The notes under the pieces: model-generated
Told to the model about the DNA's origin: nothing
Seen by the model: only the letters and a program-made list of their open reading frames with translations
The model's database searches: none
Position numbers and translations under genes: made by a program
DNA from: Gloeobacterales cyanobacterium
GTDB taxonomy: Bacteria > Cyanobacteriota > Cyanobacteriia > Gloeobacterales > PMM-0068
NCBI GenBank assembly: GCA_038245785.1
Contig: JBBRSB010000004.1
Span: 1-64,000, forward strand
Reading direction: 5' to 3'
Length of the DNA: 64,000 nucleotides
Shown here: positions 10,531 through 19,626 of the stretch, in pieces
Layout: each line of letters opens with the position of its first letter
Position numbering within the stretch: position 1 is the first letter of the stretch

Positions 10531-11883
10531 ATGTCCACTCTGCCCATTGTTGCTATTGTTGGTCGCCCGAATGTGGGTAAATCGACGTTAATTAACCGAT
10601 TTTGCGGGGGACGAGAAGCAATCGTTCACGACGAGCCTGGCGTTACCCGTGACCGCCTCTATCTGCCTGCCGATTGGAATGGCTATTATTTCCAGATTGT
10701 GGATACGGGTGGTCTTGTCTTTGAAGACAAGGAAGAATTTCTCCCGAAAATTCGCCAGCAGGTAGAAGTTGCCCTGGAAGAAGCAAAAGCGGCCATCTTT
10801 GTCGTGGATGGTCAGCTAGGGCCCACGGCGGCGGACTATGAGGTGGCGGAATGGCTGAGAGGCCGTAAACTTCCGATTCTCTTGGCCGTCAACAAGTTAG
10901 AAGAATCCTCCACGGCTTTGACCTTAGCTTCAGAATTTTGGAGCCTTGGCTTAGGAGAGCCCTATGCCGTTTCTGCAATTCACGGTGCTGGTACAGGGGA
11001 CCTGCTCGATGCTTTGGTGCAGAACCTTCCTTTAGTAGGAGAGGAAGAAGCGCCGCCAGAATTAAAGGTGGCGATTGTCGGTAGACCGAATGTGGGTAAA
11101 TCTAGTTTGCTCAATGTCCTGGTTGGCAGTGAACGGTCGATTGTGTCGGCGATTTCTGGTACAACACGGGATGCAATCGATACGGTGATCGAGCGTGATG
11201 GCAAGCGTTATCGCTTTATTGATACCGCTGGCATCCGCAAGCGCTCAAAAGTAGACTACGGTCCGGAAGCCTTTGGCGTGGATCGGGCTTTGAAAGCGAT
11301 TCGCCGCGCTGATTTGGTACTACTGGTGATCGACGCCACGGAAGGGGCGACGGAACAGGAGCAACGCCTGGCGGGAAAAATCGAGGAATCCGGCAGGGCC
11401 TGTGTTTTGGTCGTCAACAAGTGGGATGCGGTAGAAAAAGACACCTACACGATGAATATCTATATCGAGCAGATTCGGGAAGAGCTGTACTTCGTCAAAT
11501 GGGCTCCGACTATTTTCACCAGCGCGCTCACTGGACAGCGGGTTCCTCAAATCATGGAGATGGTAGATGCCGCCAGTGTCCAACATCAGCGTCGGATTTC
11601 TACTTCTGTGATCAATGAAGCGATCAAAGAAGCAACGATCCGCATGATGCCACCTTCGGATAAGAGAGGTCGTCAAGGAAAAATCTACTATGGTACTCAA
11701 GTTCGAGCCGAGCCGCCTACTTTTGTTCTCTTTGTCAATGAACCGAAACTGATCAAAGACAACTATCGAACCTATTTGGAAAGTCAATTCCGAGCCAGTT
11801 TGGGATTTGAAGGAACACCCCTGAGATTCCTATGGCGAGGAAAAACACCCAGAGAAGTAGAGCGGGATGAGCGACGTGGTTGA
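10531..11883 (+). CDS. der: Ribosome biogenesis GTPase Der (EngA)
   Basis: Two GRPNVGKS GTPase domains and a KH-like C-terminus. Confidence 0.97.
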   Translation: MSTLPIVAIVGRPNVGKSTLINRFCGGREAIVHDEPGVTRDRLYLPADWNGYYFQIVDTGGLVFEDKEEFLPKIRQQVEVALEEAKAAIFVVDGQLGPTAADYEVAEWLRGRKLPILLAVNKLEESSTALTLASEFWSLGLGEPYAVSAIHGAGTGDLLDALVQNLPLVGEEEAPPELKVAIVGRPNVGKSSLLNVLVGSERSIVSAISGTTRDAIDTVIERDGKRYRFIDTAGIRKRSKVDYGPEAFGVDRALKAIRRADLVLLVIDATEGATEQEQRLAGKIEESGRACVLVVNKWDAVEKDTYTMNIYIEQIREELYFVKWAPTIFTSALTGQRVPQIMEMVDAASVQHQRRISTSVINEAIKEATIRMMPPSDKRGRQGKIYYGTQVRAEPPTFVLFVNEPKLIKDNYRTYLESQFRASLGFEGTPLRFLWRGKTPREVERDERRG

Positions 11884-12044
11884 TGGTAAAGGGACGTCGC
11901 TCATTACGTCATGTGACCAAGCCTTAGATTGCTCGCAAAATTACAAGAGCCGAGGCTGAAGATCCCCTAGCTAAAAAGAACTTTAAAAGGCAGGGCTGAT
12001 TCATTCTTCGAAAGGGGGGCATAGGAGATCAGGCCTCCAGACCT

Positions 12045-12140
12045 ACCCCTCAGTCCCTACGGGACAGCTCCCCTGGGAGGGGAGCCTTTTCTTGGAAGAG
12101 AAAGCTGCAGGGGTGAGGATATAACTGAGGGGTGTGCAAC
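12045..12140. repeat. Double-hairpin repeat copy C plus adjacent DUF559-element subterminal sequence
   Basis: ACCCCTCAGTCCCTACGGGACAGCTCCCCTGGGAGGGGAGCC; the reverse complement of 12087-12140 aligns with about 305-362. Confidence 0.85.
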
Positions 12141-12142
12141 TA

Positions 12143-12218
12143 CCCCCTTGACATAGGCGTTCGCGTAGCGTCTCTGCAAGAGACAGCCTTCCCGAAGGGT
12201 GGGAGGAGCGGGGGGATC
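12143..12218. repeat. Cluster of small, probably nested hairpin repeats
   Basis: CCCCCTTG..GGCGTTCGCGTAGCG, TCTCT-GCA-AGAGA, CCTTCCCGAAGG, ..GGGGGGATC; a related degenerate stretch lies at 11961-12030. Confidence 0.5.
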
Positions 12219-12619
12219 TAAAGTTCATGCGAGTAGAAGTCCAGCACATTTAATCTGTTTGTGTTACCCTCCGTTCGTCATTTCAAAATCACATTCATGT
12301 TGCATTATTTGCACGGGAAATCATGTGACACATGATACATTGTGGACTCAATTCCAGTTTTTTAGGATATTTATTTCAGCAAATTTTTATTAGAAAATTA
12401 CTGAGTATTTTGCCTAAAACCTGAAATCTGACCTTAATAGGCGTTTACGATAAATTTCCTGGTTAATACTAAAAATAATACCTATTTATATACCAATTGC
12501 ACTCATTATCCTGCTTTTAAAAGCTAAGCGAATTAAGTAAGTTCGTAGTTATAGATACTGTTTCTCAAAATGTGGTCTATGCTGAGAGGGAGAACAGAAT
12601 GAAAACTAGGGGAAAACAA

Positions 12620-13024
12620 ATGGCTGATATTGTCGATACTGCTGTAAAAGCGGGTTCTTTTAACACTTTGGTTGCAGCGGTCAAGGCTGCTGGATTAGTA
12701 GATACGCTGAAAGGTGCTGGTCCATACACCGTCTTTGCACCGAATGACGCAGCATTTGCAAAGCTTCCAGCAGGTACGGTAGATGCCCTGCTCAAAGACA
12801 TCCCCAAGCTAAAGAAAATTCTGACCTATCATGTTGTTGCAGGCAAGGTAACAGCAGCTGATGTAAGCAAACTGAAGTCAGCGAAGACAGTTGAGGGCTC
12901 AGATGTGAAAATTGACATTTCTAATGGTGTCAAAATCAATGATTCCAAGGTCACGACAGCTGATGTTGCTGCTGACAATGGTGTTATTCACATCATCGAT
13001 ACCGTGTTGATGCCCTCTGCCTAA
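12620..13024 (+). CDS. Fasciclin (FAS1) domain protein
   Basis: [30 protein letters not shown]. Confidence 0.93.
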   Translation: MADIVDTAVKAGSFNTLVAAVKAAGLVDTLKGAGPYTVFAPNDAAFAKLPAGTVDALLKDIPKLKKILTYHVVAGKVTAADVSKLKSAKTVEGSDVKIDISNGVKINDSKVTTADVAADNGVIHIIDTVLMPSA

Positions 13025-13045
13025 AATGCTGAGATTATGAGTACG

Positions 13046-13085
13046 AATAGAGCAGTAGCTACAAATAGTTACTGCTCTATTTTTA
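13046..13085 (+). terminator. Rho-independent terminator
   Basis: AATAGAGCAGTAGCTA-CAAA-TAGTTACTGCTCTATTTTTT. Confidence 0.8.
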
Positions 13086-13382
13086 TTATGTGCCGGATAG
13101 TTTAATAGAGGTTCCTAATTATTTTGTATTAAAACCATCTATCCAATAGCAATGATCTCAGTCCGCTTTGTTAGTTCTGATTAGAAATGTCCCTTTAAAT
13201 TAAGACGATTTTAGTTAAAAATCATGATCCTTCCTTCAGGGCTATTGCGAGGTCTTTCCGAATCTCAAAATGCTCAGTATCTGTCAAGCGAGGGAAGGCA
13301 GCAGGGACACACAAGACTCCGTCGTGAAATTGTGTGTACTTATTTGGACATGTGCCCTGAGATAGGGAAAGAATAAAAGGCT

Positions 13383-13655
13383 ATGGAAAAAGCCCCGAAG
13401 AAACCACGTATCGAGGTCCGCACGACCTCTGAAGCGAAGCGACTGCTCAAAGAAGCCGCCCAGCTGAACCAACAATCTGTGAGTGCGTTCTTACTCGATA
13501 ACGGATTGTCTGCCGCCGCTCTAGTCTTGGCTGACCGACGCCAGTTCTCCTTAGATGATGAGCAATGGGCCGCGTTTGTTAACGCGCTGGAGGCAGCACC
13601 CAAGCCGTGCAACCGTCTAGAGCGTTTATTATCTGAATCAGGAGTTTTCGATTGA
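13383..13655 (+). CDS. DUF1778 (TacA/AtaR-like) antitoxin
   Basis: RIEVR..KRLLKEAA..SVSAF..LADRRQFSLDDEQWAAFVNALEAAP; overlaps the GNAT gene. Confidence 0.9.
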   Translation: MEKAPKKPRIEVRTTSEAKRLLKEAAQLNQQSVSAFLLDNGLSAAALVLADRRQFSLDDEQWAAFVNALEAAPKPCNRLERLLSESGVFD

Positions 13656-14140
13656 GCACAGCTACCCATTTGTCCCTCTTGCCTATCGAGCGGCTTAAGG
13701 CAGACCATGACGTAAGCCAATTCAACTGCGGCAAAATAGCCCCCAATGATTTTCTCAAGCGTTTTGCGCTTGTGCAAAAGGCCGACAGTGCTCGTACCTA
13801 CGTCACCTGTGAAGGTGAGACCGTGGTTGGTTTCTATAGTCTGGCAGTGGGAACCATCACCTACAAAACCCACCCACCTATTCCAGTGATCATTGTCAGC
13901 CAATTAGCCGTAGACCAGCGGCATACCAAAAAAGGTATTGGGCAAGCCTTGCTTAAAGACGCTTTACTGCGTGCGGCCCAAGCGGCTGATATTGCAGGTA
14001 TCCAGGCCGTTTTGGTCTATGCCCAAGATGAAGATGCTCGTCGGTTTTACGAGCATTTCAATTTTGAACCCAGCCCCACAGACTCCTATCATTTGCTGCT
14101 AATGATGAAAGATCTGCGAAGCTTAACCGATTTATCTTGA
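13652..14140 (+). CDS. GNAT acetyltransferase toxin (TacT/AtaT-like)
   Basis: HDVSQFNCG, VVGFYSL, LAVD..KGIGQALLKDA, ARRFYEHFNF; coupled to DUF1778. Confidence 0.87.
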   Translation: MSTATHLSLLPIERLKADHDVSQFNCGKIAPNDFLKRFALVQKADSARTYVTCEGETVVGFYSLAVGTITYKTHPPIPVIIVSQLAVDQRHTKKGIGQALLKDALLRAAQAADIAGIQAVLVYAQDEDARRFYEHFNFEPSPTDSYHLLLMMKDLRSLTDLS

Positions 14141-14241
14141 AATTAAATCTTCCTTTAGGTGTAAAAAAGCACTGCAGCATATCCCATCCCTGATTATTCT
14201 AGGTAGGACATATTATTTGTCGGAAAAGATCTGTGCGGATT

Positions 14242-15177
14242 ATGGATAGAGACTTCTATGAAATTTTAGGTGTCCCTCTGAGCGCGGACAAGGAAGAAAT
14301 TAGACAAGCGTATCTACGCCTGGCCCGCCAATATCATCCAGACATGAGTCCTGCGCCTGCTGACAGAGATCTCTTCGAGAAGATTAACGAGGCGTATACC
14401 ACCCTGATTGATGATGAATCCCGCTGCATGTACAACCTCTATGGGAAAGAGGGTGAGATGAGAGAAGTACTGCAGGGAGCCCCTATATGGCCAAGACAGA
14501 ATTTTTGGGCTAGAGAGAACGCCTTGGTGGTAATTTTCGGTGTCGTGGGATTGGTGGGCTTAGCGGTGGTTGGACTTTTGCCCAACAGGCCTATTTTGGA
14601 ACAAGAACTGGATACGCTGGCGACGACGCTGCAATCTAAAAAAGCTGAGTTTGAACTATCGCAGAAGCAAATGGACCAAGCTCCTCCTACACCGGAGAAG
14701 CCGCCTATAGTAGCAACGGCTGAGGCTGAACCAGAAACAGCATTTCTATCCAGTGAGTCTAAGTTTTCTACTGCGAATCTTCCCCAGGCAGTAAAAGAAG
14801 CGATAGGGACGGGCTCAATGAGTATTTTAGAGCAAGCTCTTGCTCCGACTGTTCAACCTGTTAAACCCACTCAACCTGTTAAACCTTCCGACGCAAATGC
14901 TTCAGCCCGAAACTATGAGGTTTTAGCCTTCTATTCCTTGATCATTGGAGACCTCAATCAATTTAAGAATGCTATAGAGCGAGCTTCTGAGGAAGATCCT
15001 TCCTATAGCAAAATTAACGCTTTGCACCTTTCTTTCCAGCAACTAGAGTCTGCTAAGCTTCCTCCGGAAAGCATATTGAGCGTCCTGCGTGGCCTTGTTG
15101 TCCGTGAGTATCAAGATAGGTTGCTCCCATCGCAGCTTAAGGTTCTGCAGTCCTATGCTAAAAACAATGAGGCATGA
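14242..15177 (+). CDS. DnaJ-domain membrane protein
   Basis: DFYEILGV..HPD J-domain, then a TM helix; short PVKPTQPVKP duplication. Confidence 0.85.
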   Translation: MDRDFYEILGVPLSADKEEIRQAYLRLARQYHPDMSPAPADRDLFEKINEAYTTLIDDESRCMYNLYGKEGEMREVLQGAPIWPRQNFWARENALVVIFGVVGLVGLAVVGLLPNRPILEQELDTLATTLQSKKAEFELSQKQMDQAPPTPEKPPIVATAEAEPETAFLSSESKFSTANLPQAVKEAIGTGSMSILEQALAPTVQPVKPTQPVKPSDANASARNYEVLAFYSLIIGDLNQFKNAIERASEEDPSYSKINALHLSFQQLESAKLPPESILSVLRGLVVREYQDRLLPSQLKVLQSYAKNNEA

Positions 15178-15225
15178 ACCAACCCAGCGCATAGGGAATT
15201 GCGCGAGGGTAGATCATAAGTCGAG

Positions 15226-16515
15226 CTAAGTTGCTTTCGCCTGAACACTAACCAAAGGGCGTACGGCGAGGTCCTGCAATGTATGCAACAGACGGTGTAC
15301 TTCCTCCAGAGTATTGTAATGAGCCAATCCAATTCTTAAAAGCCCACCCCTTGATTCCACGCCCAATCTTTGCGTCAGACTGAGCGCGTAGAAATTTCCA
15401 TTCCAGGTGAAAATTCCACGCTCTCCTAAAGCTTTTGCCAGTTCATAGGGCGTATATCCAGCTAACAGCATTCCTACCGTTGGGGTACGCCAACCAAAGC
15501 GTTCCGGATCGGTGATGCCGTATAGGGTAACTCCTGAAATTTTCAGCAAGCTTGGGAGCAATTCTTGAGCAAGAGAGTGCTCATACGCTTGAATAGCCCT
15601 CATGGCAGCGACCAGTGCTTCTCGCTGATTCAATCCACCCGATACGTTTGATGAAACTCGGCGACCGAGTTTAGTTAAATAATCGATGGTTGCGACTAAT
15701 CCGGCTAAGCTCTCGAAATTCAGCGTGCCCGTCTCCCAACAGGCTGGAACTTCATTAGTCGCAGGGCGAACCTTATAGGGAAGCAATCGGCTTAGATGCT
15801 TATGCTTCCCGTATAGGATACCGAGGTGAGGTCCAAAGAATTTGTAGGCAGAACAGACTAGAAAGTCACAATCCAAGGCTTGAATATCAATAGAAGCATG
15901 AGGTGCATAGTGGACGGCATCGACAAAGACCAGTGCGCCAACGGCATGAGCCAATTGCCCGATCTTAGCCACAGGGTTGATCGTACCAACGGCATTAGAG
16001 GCATAGGTGACGGCCACCAGCTTCGTGCGTTCTGTGAGCTGCCGTTCCAGATCCGCTAGGTCTAGGGTGCAGTCCGCTTGAATGTCTACCGTCCGAACAA
16101 CAACACCCCGCTCTTGAAGCGCTAGCCAAGGAGCTATATTGGCATCGTGGTCAAGCATAGTCACCAGAATTTCATCACCTGGCTGCAGGTCACGTCCAAT
16201 GGCCCGACTGATTGCAAACGTCAGGGTGGTCATGTTGGCCCCGAAAACTATTTCATCGGGGCGGCATCCTAGAAAGTCAGCTGTAGCCTCCCGTGCCTTT
16301 GCAACTAGGGCATCCGTCCGAGCACTGGTTGCAAAGGCTCCATGCAAGTTGGCATTGGAGCTGGTCAGGTAATCAGAAATCGCATCAATTACGCTCTGAG
16401 GAACCTGAGTGCCGCCGGGTCCATCTAGAAATACTACCGATTGGCCATCCATTTTTTGCTTAAGGGCAGGGAATTGGGCCCGCACCCATCCAAGTTCAAG
16501 GTCTAAAGCAGGCAT
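15226..16515 (-). CDS. Cysteine desulfurase-like PLP enzyme (aminotransferase class V)
   Basis: FLDGPGGTQVP, DHDANIAPW, VDAVHYAPH, CSAYKFFGPH, ETGT. Confidence 0.9.
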   Translation of the reverse strand: MPALDLELGWVRAQFPALKQKMDGQSVVFLDGPGGTQVPQSVIDAISDYLTSSNANLHGAFATSARTDALVAKAREATADFLGCRPDEIVFGANMTTLTFAISRAIGRDLQPGDEILVTMLDHDANIAPWLALQERGVVVRTVDIQADCTLDLADLERQLTERTKLVAVTYASNAVGTINPVAKIGQLAHAVGALVFVDAVHYAPHASIDIQALDCDFLVCSAYKFFGPHLGILYGKHKHLSRLLPYKVRPATNEVPACWETGTLNFESLAGLVATIDYLTKLGRRVSSNVSGGLNQREALVAAMRAIQAYEHSLAQELLPSLLKISGVTLYGITDPERFGWRTPTVGMLLAGYTPYELAKALGERGIFTWNGNFYALSLTQRLGVESRGGLLRIGLAHYNTLEEVHRLLHTLQDLAVRPLVSVQAKAT

Positions 16516-16530
16516 AGAAATCTCCTGGAA

Positions 16531-17226
16531 CTATGACTCATCCGGCGGAAACAGACCGGGGCAAGTGAGGACAAAAACATCCCTAACGCCCTGTTCTTCC
16601 GAGGTCGCGTGAATAGGAGAAGTATAGTGAAAGTACTGATCGTCTCTGAAGACTAAAAACTCGCCCGGACTCAGTACTTTGCTGAAAACAGGTTTATCAC
16701 TCTTCGTTTTATAAAGGTGCGTCTCTGCCCCTTCAACCTTACTTCGATGGACGGAGAAGATACCCACTAAATCCACCCCATCCCGGTGAATCCCTTCAGG
16801 AGCTGGGTTCCCAACTTTGAGAGAAGTAGCCACAGTCCTAATCTGGTGAACGGCAACTTCGTGAGAGGTTGAGCAGAGTTGGCAGAACTGGAAAAATTCC
16901 CAAATAATCTTTTGAAAGCCTGCTAGTTGAACCAATTCATCATCCAACTCTTCATATTCCCGAATAACATCTCCCAGCAGGGGATTGTAGGCTTTGCTTT
17001 GGAGCATACGTCGATGCGGTAACTTGGTTAAATGGTCACCAGAAACTTTAAAGTGAGAAAGACGTCTAAAACGGTATCCTCCCTCCAGATAGGGATCGAC
17101 GGGTAGACGATCGAAAGAAGGCTCACATTCCTCTACCTTGATGGCTGTCAACATCTCCAAAACATAACTGGCTAGACAACTAGCCTCTGGTCTAGAAAAT
17201 TCTTCTTGTTTAGATAAATTCAGCAT
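16531..17226 (-). CDS. 2OG-Fe(II) dioxygenase family protein
   Basis: DPYLEGGYRFRR, VHQIR, PEGIHRDG (HxD), distal His in FHYTSPI, RDVFVLT. Confidence 0.85.
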   Translation of the reverse strand: MLNLSKQEEFSRPEASCLASYVLEMLTAIKVEECEPSFDRLPVDPYLEGGYRFRRLSHFKVSGDHLTKLPHRRMLQSKAYNPLLGDVIREYEELDDELVQLAGFQKIIWEFFQFCQLCSTSHEVAVHQIRTVATSLKVGNPAPEGIHRDGVDLVGIFSVHRSKVEGAETHLYKTKSDKPVFSKVLSPGEFLVFRDDQYFHYTSPIHATSEEQGVRDVFVLTCPGLFPPDES

Positions 17227-17732
17227 GTCATTGATTTCCTTGCTTAAATTTATGGTTCAATTCTTAAGAACTAGTGAGCTTGAAGGGGTAGTATCTGAAC
17301 ATTCAGCTGGAGTGCAATGTTGATAATCCAAGGCGACTTACTACTTCTTAACATCCCTTTATGAAGTCATTTGTTGCAAAAAATACCAAAATGCTCACCA
17401 GCCTTTTAGATTTGAGGGATCTAATTCTATTGGTGTTCAACGTGTTAATTGAATAAGCAACTTGATATGAAAAGTATTAGACAAGCTGCCTTAGCCCTCC
17501 TCTTATAAGTAAGGCAAAAGTGTCGAAAAGTATCATGTTCTACAACGCAAAACTGATGATACCTGCATCTACAGGCATACCGTACAGTTGAGCTGTTTAG
17601 GATCTATCTCAGCTGTTCAGTTATGTCTGCTAACTCAATTGTAGTTATATTTTCAATGATTGTCGATCCCCAAATAGCTGGGAAGCTTTCAGGACTGCAG
17701 GTATTTGCGACAGACTACTGCTGGTAATGCAA

Positions 17733-18131
17733 TTATTCGGAGATGCTGTGCTGGACTACATGGTCATTCCAGAGCTGATCTAGTTTTGCATAGGCTTGTT
17801 CTGTAGAGAGTTTGCCGCCCGTGTGAAAAGCACAAACATAGCTAACCTTTCGAGCAAACTCCTGCAAGTTGGCATCTAAAACCAGGCACTCCGTCTGGAC
17901 CTTGAAGGGAGAAGAGAGATCTCGTTCTTGGCTGGGGTTAAGTTCGGATTGTACAGATTGAGTATTTTCAGCCACTTCAGATCTACCAGTAGCTGGGGCA
18001 GTTTGAAACACGTCTGCCAACTTTGACCAAGGAAGAGAGAAAGGATTTTGTAGATATCGCTGGATCAGTGATTTCTTTTCTACCAATCCCTCTGAGTCTT
18101 CTAAAAAGTAAGTATCTGTATCTTTTGACAT
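17733..18131 (-). CDS. Conserved cyanobacterial hypothetical protein
   Basis: C-terminal NLQEFARKVSYVCAFHTGGKLSTEQAY motif resembles a small cyanobacterial family; GGAG RBS upstream. Confidence 0.7.
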   Translation of the reverse strand: MSKDTDTYFLEDSEGLVEKKSLIQRYLQNPFSLPWSKLADVFQTAPATGRSEVAENTQSVQSELNPSQERDLSSPFKVQTECLVLDANLQEFARKVSYVCAFHTGGKLSTEQAYAKLDQLWNDHVVQHSISE

Positions 18132-18825
18132 GGAGGTTCTCCTTTAAAAAATTGAGTTTGCTTGCAAGCTTTGATTCAAAAGAATTTGGATAATAATGAT
18201 GCTGAACTACAATTGAAAAATATAAATATTGCTCAACTTGCTCTGTTCAATACAGTAAGTTTAGAAGCTAATGATAGATATGATAGGAGCCTAAGAATTG
18301 GTATGCAATGGACAATCTTTCGGTTCAATGAGCCATTCTTTCGGTCCTGTTCTTGAAAATTTAGTTGTTAAGGTAAGTTCACCGTAAGAAAAGACAGAGC
18401 AGATAAGCTAAAAGTGCTTAATTCCTAACCTCCCTGCTCACTGCCTTTGTTGACAGGTTTGATCTATCTTTACTATAAAAAAATGACTAAGAACAAACAT
18501 CTGATAAACGTCGTGAATCTTGCCTGGACAAAGTAGATAGATCCCTGAGGACTTTTGTTAACTAAGTAAGTAAATATCCCTAAGACAAAAGTTGAGTCCT
18601 GTTTCCCAAGAGGCAATGGTCGAAAAGTATCTATTGATACAAGGCTGAGTCAAAGACGGCTTACTGGCTAAAGAATCAGTTTCCCCAGGCCAAAATCTAT
18701 AGCGGCTTATAACTATATCTAACTGATTAAATCAAGTGAATGAATTAGAACTGAATTCTTACCAGATGCATCCTGATAAGAATGTATACCGCCATAACAA
18801 CGCCTCTTGCTCTAAAGGTCCCTAC

Positions 18826-19536
18826 ATGATTCGGCTCTTACTCGTTGATGACCAAGACCTCATTTGTCAAGGGCTGAAGGCCATGCTGGCACTGGAACCG
18901 GATTTGCAGGTGGTGGGAACCGCTAGAGATGGTGCAGCTGCTCTTGAACAGGTCGCAGCTCTCAAGCCAGATATGGTGCTGATGGATGTACAGATGCCTG
19001 TAATGGATGGAAGAGAGGCTACACGGAGGATTTGTCAGCAGTTCCCAGAGGTCCACGTTCTAGTCTTGAGTACATTTGATGATGATCAATACATTGCTCA
19101 GTCCATACGAGCGGGAGCGAAGGGCTATTTGCTCAAGGATATGCCGTCAGAAGAGCTAGCACAGGCCATCCGCCTAGTCCATCGAGGGTATACCCAACTA
19201 GGGCCAGGGCTGATGGAAAAGCTAATTATCAGTCTTCCCGACTCAGATACTGCCAATACTGTTAATCAAGCGTCTGTTGTGTTGGTTCAACAAGAATTGG
19301 CTAAGCTAACTGCTCGGGAACGAGACGTACTGCACTTGCTTGGTTCCGGTCTACCTAACCGTGAAATTGCTCAGAAACTTTATATTACGGAAGGAACGGT
19401 CAAAACGTACGTTACGCACCTTTTAAGCCACCTAAACCTGCGGAACCGAGCGCAAATAGCCATTTATGCTAATTCTGTTTTGAGTGGAGACTCTAGATCT
19501 CAGACACCGGTTATGGGAACGGGGCTTCCATCGTGA
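18826..19536 (+). CDS. NarL/LuxR-family response regulator
   Basis: MIRLLLVDDQ receiver domain plus LT.RERDVL..NREIAQKLYITEGTVKTY HTH. Confidence 0.93.
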   Translation: MIRLLLVDDQDLICQGLKAMLALEPDLQVVGTARDGAAALEQVAALKPDMVLMDVQMPVMDGREATRRICQQFPEVHVLVLSTFDDDQYIAQSIRAGAKGYLLKDMPSEELAQAIRLVHRGYTQLGPGLMEKLIISLPDSDTANTVNQASVVLVQQELAKLTARERDVLHLLGSGLPNREIAQKLYITEGTVKTYVTHLLSHLNLRNRAQIAIYANSVLSGDSRSQTPVMGTGLPS

Positions 19537-19626
19537 ATATAAAAGCATCAGCCATTCCATCGACTTTTAATTCTAGACCGCTACAGTGGCACTAGAGAAG
19601 TCAGGATTGCTAACGCTCCCCCTAAG

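Noticed and set aside
13340..13903. 187-aa antisense ORF over the TA pair
   Set aside because: Shadow of the DUF1778/GNAT genes; no motif
18162..18356. 64-aa ORF in the AT-rich spacer
   Set aside because: TTG start, no RBS, no motif; likely promoter DNA
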